From contig OZ250172.1 in assembly GCA_965237905.1 (NCBI GenBank), positions 1,152,001 through 1,216,000 on the forward strand: 64,000 nucleotides of DNA, given 5' to 3'. Position 1 is the first letter of the stretch. Every line of letters begins with the position of its first letter. The notes below the pieces were generated by a model. It had not been told where the DNA came from, made no database searches, and saw nothing but the letters and a program-made list of their open reading frames with translations. The DNA is from Nitrospinaceae bacterium (lineage in GTDB: Bacteria > Nitrospinota > Nitrospinia > Nitrospinales > Nitrospinaceae). Below, piece after piece: positions 39,469-47,299 of this stretch. The position numbers were made by a program, and so were the translations under genes.

Positions 39469-40043
39469 GCGCTGCCCGTTTTTTTCTTCTCAAAATGCCG
39501 GATATATAAAATCAATTTCCAGATTTCGTCGTCGGATAAAAATTTATAGGCGGGCATTCCAGTTGCGGGCGAACCGTTTTTGATGATCCAGAACATTTGC
39601 CCGTCGGAAACTTCTTTCATGGTTTGTGAACAGGTAAAATTGCGCGGCATGGAGGATAGGCCCTGCGCCATCATCCCGAGCCCGTTGCCGGCGGGCCCGT
39701 GACACACTTTGCACGGGTTGGGCTCCGCCGTCCATTGGTACAGCGATTCCCCCTTGATAAAATTTTCGGCGTTGGATTCGAATGGATTTTTCTGTTGAAC
39801 GATTTTGTCCGGCGCCTGGGGAGTGGCCCGGGTTTGCGGGCATATCCCTTTCCCGGCTCGTCCCATGCCGTGATGCATTTGATGTCGCTCGTGCCGTCCG
39901 CCGTGCGGCCGCCCCTGGTGCATGGCCAGCAACAGCTTTTCTGCAGAGGAAACCTCGGCCGCCTGTAAAGCACTCGGCCCCTCCCCACTCCAAAAAACGA
40001 ACACGCCTGCCAATATGAAAAAAAGAAAATTCCTGAAACCCAT
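39462..40043 (-). CDS. Monoheme cytochrome c with His/Met-rich N-terminal segment
   Basis: Signal peptide, CKVCH, PRNFTC, DGQMFWIIKNGS..TGMP. Confidence 0.9.
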   Translation of the reverse strand: MGFRNFLFFILAGVFVFWSGEGPSALQAAEVSSAEKLLLAMHQGRPHGGRHERHQMHHGMGRAGKGICPQTRATPQAPDKIVQQKNPFESNAENFIKGESLYQWTAEPNPCKVCHGPAGNGLGMMAQGLSSMPRNFTCSQTMKEVSDGQMFWIIKNGSPATGMPAYKFLSDDEIWKLILYIRHFEKKKTGSAQ

Positions 40044-40067
40044 ACACCGTTCTCTAAAAATTGAAAA

Positions 40068-40568
40068 TTATTCCTTTTTGGAAAAACTCCTGAGATACAA
40101 AATCAATTGCCACACCTGATCGTCTGCCAGATAACTGAAGGACGGCATGGCCGTTCCCGGCGAACCGTTTTTGATGATCCAGAACAACTGGCCGTCGGGA
40201 AGGTCGTCCATGGTATGAACACAGGTGAAGTTTCGCGGCTTGGGTTGCACCTGGTGAAACATGACGCCCAATCCATCGCCGCTGATGCCGTGACAAATTC
40301 TACAGGCACTCGGCTTGGCGTCTACCTGAAACAAGGTTTTCCCGGCCAAAATATTTTGCGGTGTCGTTTCGAGTGGATTCTTCAGTTTCAGATATTCGTC
40401 CGGCGCCGTCATCGTTTTGCGCGGTTGCGGACAGATGCCCGGTGTCTCATCGTGACCCTTTTCATGCTTGGCCCACACCGGGCCAGGAAGAACCAGCCCC
40501 ATCCACAGTATTGCCATTAAACAAACATATGATCCCGGAATCCATCGCTTCCCATATTTGAACCGCAT
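40068..40568 (-). CDS. Monoheme cytochrome c (paralog)
   Basis: Signal peptide, CRICH, PRNFTC, DGQLFWIIKNGSPGTAMP. Confidence 0.9.
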   Translation of the reverse strand: MRFKYGKRWIPGSYVCLMAILWMGLVLPGPVWAKHEKGHDETPGICPQPRKTMTAPDEYLKLKNPLETTPQNILAGKTLFQVDAKPSACRICHGISGDGLGVMFHQVQPKPRNFTCVHTMDDLPDGQLFWIIKNGSPGTAMPSFSYLADDQVWQLILYLRSFSKKE

Positions 40569-40592
40569 ACCGCCCCCTCTCTATTCGACGGC

Positions 40593-41714
40593 TTAAGTCT
40601 TCTTGCCGGTTTTGGCCTTGGCCTTGGTTTTAGTTTTGGCTTTGGCCTCGGTTTTGGCCTTAGGCTTTTCCGTTTCCACCACCGCAGGAAGTTTCGGAAT
40701 CATCGCATCAAGGGGTTCGCCATCGAGTGCTCTCAGAAACTCGACCACCTCCAACACTTCCTGCTCGCTCAATTGCAGCGGCGTAATCAGGGAGGTTCGG
40801 TTTTTCGCGACATCGCCGCCCCGGTTGTAAAATTCGACCACGTCTTTCAGCGTCGCGGCACTGCCATCGTGCATGTAAGGTGCCGTTTGCGAAACGCTCC
40901 GCAGTCCCGGTGTCTTGAAGGCACCCTTGTCAGAATCGTCTTTAGAAATATTGAAACGCCCCAGGTCTTCGGTGAGCGGGCCGTGTTGTTGGACGCCGAT
41001 GTTGTGAAAACCGCTGTCAGTCAAAGCCGGACCATTGTGACAGAAGTTACACTTGGCCTTGCCGAAGAACAGCTTCATGCCGTTAACCGCCGCAGGCGAC
41101 ATGGCCTTTTCGTCCCCCTGCATGTATTTGTCATAAGCGGAATTTTTGGAAACCACAGATCGCTCAAACGTGGCAATGGCTTTGGCAACGTTGTCGAAAG
41201 TAATTCCCGACTCACCAAATACCTTGCTGAACATTTCCCGATATTCCGGTATGGCGCCGAGTTCCTCGATCAGCTCGTCGGCCTTCTGATTCATCTCTAC
41301 AGCGGCTTGGATGGGACCCTTTGCCTGTGCTTCCAGCGTAGGCGCCCGGCCATCCCACATTTGCACCTCAAAGTAACCGCTATTGATCACCGTTGGCGAA
41401 TGGCGCCCCAACTCCTTGCCGCCGAATCCGATGGCGCGCGGCTGACCGTCGCTCCATCCTTTGCTCGGATGATGGCAGGATGCACAACTGATCGAATTGT
41501 CTCCGGAGAGCCGGGGATCAAAAAAAAGAAGTTGACCCAGATCCTCTTTTTCCTGCGACCAGGGGTTGTCCTGGGGATAAATTCCCGCCGGCAAGGGCTC
41601 GTAAAATGACGTGTCCTCGGCTTTATCTGTTTTGGATTCAGCGGGCTGTTCCTTCTCCCCGGAACAAGCGAAAAGAAAAACCGCGCATAGGGCAAAATAA
41701 TAAACCGGCTTCAT
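40593..41714 (-). CDS. Diheme bCcP/MauG-superfamily lipoprotein
   Basis: Lipobox LFAC, LFFDPRLS, CASCH, WDGRA, CNFCH, FKTPGLR, PYMHDG, EFYNRGG. Confidence 0.92.
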   Translation of the reverse strand: MKPVYYFALCAVFLFACSGEKEQPAESKTDKAEDTSFYEPLPAGIYPQDNPWSQEKEDLGQLLFFDPRLSGDNSISCASCHHPSKGWSDGQPRAIGFGGKELGRHSPTVINSGYFEVQMWDGRAPTLEAQAKGPIQAAVEMNQKADELIEELGAIPEYREMFSKVFGESGITFDNVAKAIATFERSVVSKNSAYDKYMQGDEKAMSPAAVNGMKLFFGKAKCNFCHNGPALTDSGFHNIGVQQHGPLTEDLGRFNISKDDSDKGAFKTPGLRSVSQTAPYMHDGSAATLKDVVEFYNRGGDVAKNRTSLITPLQLSEQEVLEVVEFLRALDGEPLDAMIPKLPAVVETEKPKAKTEAKAKTKTKAKAKTGKKT

Positions 41715-41920
41715 GGTGGACCCTCCTCCGTTGGATTTTCAAATCCCTTCCCAATCTCCCTCCCGGAAATCGAGGATAGGGTGCTTGAGGATTTTGGGAA
41801 TAAGGTGTTTTTGGCACCGAACGGCATCATCATACGCCCGGAATCCGCCCTCTGCAACAGAGAGGAAAGAGCGAAATAACTTGGAGACCGATTATCAATT
41901 GATTTCGGCAACAGATGACC

Positions 41921-42352
41921 TCATTGACCTCGAAAGGTGCGGATAAACTGGATCACGTTCCAGCCCTCTTCCTCGGTGAGGTCCTTGCCGACCCTCTTCG
42001 GCATCCCCGTTCCGGGACTGCCGTTTTTGAGAATCCACATCAATTCGCCGTCGGTGCGGGCGTCCTGCCATTGGGCATCGGTAAAATTGCGGGGAGCGTG
42101 ACCGGGCATCCTCACCCCATTGCCTTTTTTGCTGTGACAGGTCACGCACAACCCCTTACCGAAATAGATTTTGCGGCCTTCTTCGATCCGTTCCGGCGTG
42201 GTTGCGTAAGGGCTTTCAATCTCCTGGATTTCCTCCAACTGTTCTTCGGGCACACGCGGGGCGTACACATCCAGATGAAACGCCCGGACCGGTTGCCCGA
42301 CCAGGAAAATCAGCACCCCTGCCCCCAGCATGAATAAAGATTGAATACGCAT
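41921..42352 (-). CDS. Monoheme cytochrome c (third paralog)
   Basis: CVTCH, PRNFT, DGELMWILKNGSPGTGMP. Confidence 0.9.
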   Translation of the reverse strand: MRIQSLFMLGAGVLIFLVGQPVRAFHLDVYAPRVPEEQLEEIQEIESPYATTPERIEEGRKIYFGKGLCVTCHSKKGNGVRMPGHAPRNFTDAQWQDARTDGELMWILKNGSPGTGMPKRVGKDLTEEEGWNVIQFIRTFRGQ

Positions 42353-42413
42353 CGATTGAGCCAAAAAGGGGGCCCCTCTTCCCGGAATGGGAAAAGGGAA
42401 CCCGGTTACTTAT

Positions 42414-42950
42414 TTATTCAAGCTTACCATGCAACGCTTCCCAATGTCCCACCGACTGGGGTATGCCGACCGTACCGTCGGGAATGGGCGCACCTTCCGG
42501 CCACAGGTGGAAAATGATCCCGTCCGTTTTCGCAACATGGTCGACCAATCCATCCACAGCTTTTTTATCAGTGGGGTAATGCACCGCTACGCGACCGGTA
42601 TCGATTTCCTGCTTGTGATCGTGCCAGTTTTTCTTGTGAGACCATTCGGGAATCAATTTCCGCGCCAGTTTCTTGGAAACCATATACTCAACCTCCGTCA
42701 TGCGGGCGTTGGGATCGGTGGACTCGAAAAGAATGCACTGGATAATGTCGTCGTTGATCGGCTTGCAATAATGATGAAAGGGACCCATCACTTCGCCGTC
42801 CATCACATGCGGAGCGCTGACGTGAATGGTGTAGCCATCCAGCGGACTGGGCGGGGCCTTGTCACCTGATGCCTTATCCCCGGCGGTGGCACAGGCCGCG
42901 GTCATACTGAGCATAATCAAACAAAGAAAAAATACTTTTGACAATTTCAT
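42414..42950 (-). CDS. DUF1264 (OBAP-like) lipoprotein
   Basis: Lipobox TAAC; HHYC, QCILFES, EVEY, WHDHKQEI, GIIFHLW, as recalled for DUF1264. GGAGG RBS. Confidence 0.75.
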   Translation of the reverse strand: MKLSKVFFLCLIMLSMTAACATAGDKASGDKAPPSPLDGYTIHVSAPHVMDGEVMGPFHHYCKPINDDIIQCILFESTDPNARMTEVEYMVSKKLARKLIPEWSHKKNWHDHKQEIDTGRVAVHYPTDKKAVDGLVDHVAKTDGIIFHLWPEGAPIPDGTVGIPQSVGHWEALHGKLE

Positions 42951-43163
42951 GAAAACCTCCAGATTTGAATTGCATTAATAAATTGAAAGATTTCTACCTG
43001 AAGAAATAATTAATGGAACTCTGGTTACGGAAAATCGCAATCGGATGTAACAATTCGAGGGGGACAATTAAATCAATCCCAATATTCAAATTCACCCTTC
43101 TTTGGGATAAAAAACCAAGAAAAGCACAAAAGCTTGGAAAGTACTAGTTCTATACAGGGTTGG

Positions 43164-43237
43164 CTCAGGAGACGGGGCCGCGCACCAGGCGGAAAAATGC
43201 GTCGAGGTCCTTGATTTTATCTTGATGGGCCTGGCCG
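43164..43237 (-). repeat. Diverged duplicate of the DUF1566 gene 3' end (relic)
   Basis: 63/74 nt identical to 44452-44525. Translates as GQAHQDKIKDLDAFFRLVRGPVS*. Confidence 0.85.
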
Positions 43238-43314
43238 GACAGCCAGGCCCTTTCAAATTATTTTCGCAGGCCGCTGATTTTTATTGGCGACCGGGTTGGA
43301 ACCTATTCAGTTTT

Positions 43315-44346
43315 TCAATCCCGATAGGCCACTCCATGTGTTTCACCACCAGTGCTGACCTTAGTAGTGAGGCTCAAATCGGCGGCGGAAACCACAGCCA
43401 ATTTGTTTTCATCCCGGATCGCCACGTAAATCGTTTTCCCGTCCGAGCTGATGGCAATCATATCCGGACGCTGGCCCAAGGGAGTGGTTTTAACGATTTT
43501 CCGGCTGGCGGTGTCGATCATCGCTATCTGGTTCAGACCCCTCTGCCCGACATAAACGGTTTTCCCGTCTGGGCTGAGTACCAGGCCATGTGGTTCTCCC
43601 GGGACATCGACTGAAGCTTCCACTGAACCGGTTCGCGGATTCATCAATAACAATTTATTATCCGCTGGAGCGGTGAGCCAGAACAGACCCCAATCTGCTG
43701 TAGGTCGAATGGCCATGGCGCCTTTGGCCCCCGCCAGGGTTTGGGTGATCTTGCGGGTATTCGTATCGACCACCGAAATATTCGCGGCTCCCGCGTTGAC
43801 CACGTACACCTTTTGTCCGTTGGGCGAGAACACAGCCGTGATGGCTTTCTTCCCGGTAGCCATGGTGTGGATGGCTGTCTTAGAAGCAACATCGATAAAG
43901 GTGATATTCCCCGCTCCAACGTTGCACGCGATGGCGATCTTGCCATCGGGGGATACAGCCACATCATGGGCCTTGGTATCCGTCACTACATCGGCCAACT
44001 TCTTTTTCGACACAGCGTCTATGATGGTTATGCTGTTAGTCCCCAAATTGGCGATGAAAGCCACCTTGCCATCTGGACTGAAAGTGACATTATGAGCTCC
44101 GGCACCGGTAGGAATGGTCTTCACGACCTTATTGGAACCGGTATCAATGATCTGGACATTGGCACCCTTCATATTAGCAACCCATACTTCACCCGCGGCG
44201 CTCTCGCTGACCGGCAACGTCCCCGACAGGAAAAGAACCGTAAAGATGGAAACCGCAAATAGTATCCATGGCTGCCGCCGTGGCCGAAAAGGGTCATTCA
44301 ATTTCTTCCCGATGGGATTAATAGTTTTGATTTTATCTCCGCACAT
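43315..44346 (-). CDS. Exported YVTN/YncE-type seven-bladed beta-propeller protein
   Basis: Repeated (F/V)SPDGK.VYV...N.I.VID blades. ATG at 44346 with GGAGG RBS. Confidence 0.88.
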   Translation of the reverse strand: MCGDKIKTINPIGKKLNDPFRPRRQPWILFAVSIFTVLFLSGTLPVSESAAGEVWVANMKGANVQIIDTGSNKVVKTIPTGAGAHNVTFSPDGKVAFIANLGTNSITIIDAVSKKKLADVVTDTKAHDVAVSPDGKIAIACNVGAGNITFIDVASKTAIHTMATGKKAITAVFSPNGQKVYVVNAGAANISVVDTNTRKITQTLAGAKGAMAIRPTADWGLFWLTAPADNKLLLMNPRTGSVEASVDVPGEPHGLVLSPDGKTVYVGQRGLNQIAMIDTASRKIVKTTPLGQRPDMIAISSDGKTIYVAIRDENKLAVVSAADLSLTTKVSTGGETHGVAYRD

Positions 44347-44452
44347 ATTTTGCCTCCATGGAAAATAAATGGTGGATGACTTTTCATTTAATATTCTGTA
44401 GAGATTGAAATAGTACTTGAATTCAACTGGTAAGTACAACTCAATTAGGAAC

Positions 44453-44989
44453 TCAGGAGACGGGGCCGCGTACCAGCCGGAGAAACGCATCGGGGCCCTT
44501 GATTTTGTCCTGATAAGCCTGGCCGCCCTCGTCCTTATAGGAAATGACGATGGCCTGCGCGCCTTTTTCGGAACTGGTCCAGGTGCCCCAGCCGCCGCCT
44601 TTCGGGAAAATACGGTCGATGAACACCTTGTCGCCGTCCTTGTCGATGTTCCGCTTACGCCGGTCGTAGAGTTGCAGGGCTTCTTCGGGAGTGGGCAGGC
44701 GCCAGTTGTCGTAGCCCGCGAATTTCTTGTTGTTCATACGTTGCGCGAACTCCTTGGCGGTGTACCAGTTCACCCATTTCTTCTCGATCTGCCAGTAATC
44801 GAGTTTCATCCACATGAGCTTGGACCGGGTATCTAGAATGGTGTCGTCGCCAAAATCCAGAAACCGCTGGTCGGCGGATTTTACCGCCGGTTTTTTCTGA
44901 ATGGAATCACCCGCCCACAGGGTGGACACAAGGAATGCCTGGAATCCGAAGACTGCCAGTATGAAACATCCGATAATCCGCCGCCGCAT
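44453..44989 (-). CDS. DUF1566 (Lcl C-terminal/CLec-fold) exported protein
   Basis: DTILDTRSKLMW, GYDNWRLPT.EE, WTSS, RLVR. Confidence 0.85.
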   Translation of the reverse strand: MRRRIIGCFILAVFGFQAFLVSTLWAGDSIQKKPAVKSADQRFLDFGDDTILDTRSKLMWMKLDYWQIEKKWVNWYTAKEFAQRMNNKKFAGYDNWRLPTPEEALQLYDRRKRNIDKDGDKVFIDRIFPKGGGWGTWTSSEKGAQAIVISYKDEGGQAYQDKIKGPDAFLRLVRGPVS

Positions 44990-45143
44990 GAGAAACCTCC
45001 TGCTGAAATTTTGGCACTCGGCCTGAATTGGAAATTCGACCCAAGTTTACAATTTAAAGCCCTCCCCTGTAAACGGGTAAATGGCTTGACAGGTTGGGGG
45101 GTTGGAGTACAATTTACGTCATCCTATCGAACCGGAGGCGTTT

Positions 45144-45794
45144 ATGAGTCTCGACTTCCCCCATAAAAGAATTCTTCTTAACACCTTGGCATTGTTGATC
45201 GTTACCGCCGTGGCGGGAACTCCTTTGCTGGATGCCAAACCGCGCGATAAGGACCGCTGGGATGAAAAATACGGCACGGAGGTCTATATTTTTGGCAAAG
45301 AGCCGGTGCCGTTCCTCAAGCAGAATGTCCATCTGCTCCCCAAAGGCAAGGCGCTGGACATCGCCATAGGCGAGGGCCGCAACGGGGTGTATCTCGCCAC
45401 GCAGGGATTCGAGGTGGTGGGACTGGACATCTCGGAGAAAGGTCTCGCCAAGGCGCACCAACTTGCCAAACAACATGGGGTGACCATCAAAACGCGGGTG
45501 GTCGATCTGGAAAACCATCAACTGGAAAAGAACGCCTATGACGTGATTCTCCTCATGTACTACATGCAGAGAGACCTGTGGCCGCAAATTGCGGATGCCC
45601 TCAAGCCGGGCGGCATGGCGATCATCGAAACCTATAATGTCGACCACCTGAAACATCAGAAGTTCAATCCCAAGTGGCTGTTGAAGCCCAACGAACTGCT
45701 GGAGGCGTTCAAGGACATGAAAATCATCCGCTACCAGGCTTATGAGGACAGCGACCAAGCCTACTCCAGCATCATCGTACAAAAAGCAGAATAA
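45144..45794 (+). CDS. TehB-like class I SAM methyltransferase with N-terminal signal-like peptide
   Basis: WDEKY, ALDIAIGEGRN, GLDIS, LKPGG. ATG at 45144 after GGAGG. Confidence 0.85.
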   Translation: MSLDFPHKRILLNTLALLIVTAVAGTPLLDAKPRDKDRWDEKYGTEVYIFGKEPVPFLKQNVHLLPKGKALDIAIGEGRNGVYLATQGFEVVGLDISEKGLAKAHQLAKQHGVTIKTRVVDLENHQLEKNAYDVILLMYYMQRDLWPQIADALKPGGMAIIETYNVDHLKHQKFNPKWLLKPNELLEAFKDMKIIRYQAYEDSDQAYSSIIVQKAE

Positions 45795-45800
45795 CCCCGG

Positions 45801-46781
45801 GTGAACAAAACCGAAAAACTTTTTATCGCGCTGGCCAATGCGTTCCCGGTATGGGTGGTGTTGGGCTCGGGACTGGCGTTGTGGGAACCCGCCACGGCTA
45901 CCTGGTTTCAGCCGACATGGATTCCATACTTCCTCGCCCTCATCATGCTCAGCATGGGGTTGACGCTGACCGCGCAGGATTTTGTGCGGATTCTGGAAAT
46001 CCCCGGAACGATTCTACTGGGCGTAGGATTGCAATACCTCGTCATGCCTCTGCTGGCCTTCGGTCTGGCGCATTTATTTAAACTGCCGATCGATTTCGTG
46101 ATCGGTCTGGTACTGGTCGGATGCTGCCCCGGCGGCACCGCATCCAACGTGGTCTGCTTCATTGCAAAGTTAAACGTCGCACTGTCGGTCACCCTCACCA
46201 CCTGCTCGACTCTGCTGGCGGTGCTCATGACCCCTCTGCTGACCACCTGGCTAGTGCAATCGGTTTCGGAATCGTTGACAGGCACGGCAGTGGAGGTGGA
46301 TACCCTCGGCCTGTTGATCAAAACCTTCCAGGTGGTGATTCTGCCGGTGACGGCTGGCATCGCCTTCAATCATTTTTTTCATAAACAGGTGCAACGCATC
46401 GCCGCGTACACGCCGTTTCTGGCGGTGCTGTCCATCGTATTCATTGTCGACTTCATTCTCGCCGCCAAAAAGGAAGCCATTATGGAAAGTGGCGCGTCTC
46501 TTTTGTGGGCGGTGGTGATTCTGCATTTTCTGGGATTCCTGCTGGGTTACGTGCTGTCCCGGGGTCTGGGGATCCGCGACCGGGACGTCCGGACGATTTC
46601 GGTGGAAGTGGGCATGCAGAACTCCGGACTGGCAACGGAACTGGCGCGAAGCAATTTTGCCGCCTTTGGGCTGGCCACCGTGCCGGGGGCCATTTCGGCC
46701 CTCACCCACTGCATTCTCGGAAGCCTCGTGGCCGGCCTGTGCCGCCTGTGGCCCCCTCTGACGAGGGACGAAAATGGCTGA
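45801..46781 (+). CDS. Bile acid:sodium symporter (BASS) family transporter
   Basis: MGLTL, GCCPGGTASNV, SVEVGMQNSGLA. Confidence 0.93.
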   Translation: MNKTEKLFIALANAFPVWVVLGSGLALWEPATATWFQPTWIPYFLALIMLSMGLTLTAQDFVRILEIPGTILLGVGLQYLVMPLLAFGLAHLFKLPIDFVIGLVLVGCCPGGTASNVVCFIAKLNVALSVTLTTCSTLLAVLMTPLLTTWLVQSVSESLTGTAVEVDTLGLLIKTFQVVILPVTAGIAFNHFFHKQVQRIAAYTPFLAVLSIVFIVDFILAAKKEAIMESGASLLWAVVILHFLGFLLGYVLSRGLGIRDRDVRTISVEVGMQNSGLATELARSNFAAFGLATVPGAISALTHCILGSLVAGLCRLWPPLTRDENG

Positions 46782-46862
46782 CAGTTAACGGCAATCGATG
46801 GTCATAGGGCGCAGTTCCAACGATTTAAAGGGCGATTCGCCGCCCTTCTAGCGAGGGCGGCC
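46753..46862 (+). repeat. Dispersed repeat family copy overlapping the BASS stop codon
   Basis: CTGACAGTTAACGGCAATCGATGGTCATAGGGCGC is similar to 13818-13853 and 58277-58312. Followed by a GGCGATTCGCC hairpin module that also occurs near 58229 and 58465. Confidence 0.7.
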
Positions 46863-46997
46863 AATAGCTAATAGCCTGTGAGCAGATGAAGATTCTTAGG
46901 CGCAAATCAAGTTTTTAAATTGCAAGCGGAGGCACTCCGCCCCGGCCTGTGATAAGATGTAGGCATTCCGTGGACCCGTTTTTGGCAAGGAGGGATT

Positions 46998-47279
46998 TTG
47001 GCAACATTTAACGTTTTGTTGGCAACAGAATTGAATGATTTTAACGAGGCCCATGAGAGCGAACTACTCCTACGGCTGGAGGAGGCATGCTTCGAACGTA
47101 TCCCGACCCTGAAATACGCCTGGGAAATCGCTCTGGACGCGCCGGACGAGTCGGAAGCCAAAAACGACGCGGTTGAAAAATTCGTGAACGTCTGCCGGAC
47201 CTACCCCTTCGAGTTGAAGATGCTGGTGCATGCGGGGACGGGGCAGATTCTGCGCAGGAAAAAAACTTTTGAACCCTGA
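46998..47279 (+). CDS. Hypothetical 93-aa acidic protein upstream of radical SAM gene
   Basis: TTG start after AAGGAGG; 20 bp upstream of the rSAM gene on the same strand. Confidence 0.7.
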   Translation: MATFNVLLATELNDFNEAHESELLLRLEEACFERIPTLKYAWEIALDAPDESEAKNDAVEKFVNVCRTYPFELKMLVHAGTGQILRRKKTFEP

Positions 47280-47299
47280 AACTGGATTGGAACAGGGCC

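Noticed and set aside
43164..44525. Diversity-generating retroelement (TR/VR pair), since DUF1566 CLec domains are typical DGR targets and the repeat covers the C-terminus
   Set aside because: Only 3 of 11 differences fall on adenines of the putative template, most are synonymous transitions, and no reverse transcriptase gene is in the window.
46863..46997. RiPP precursor peptide upstream of the radical SAM operon
   Set aside because: No short ORF with an RBS and precursor-like composition was found; the region is repeat flank plus promoter.
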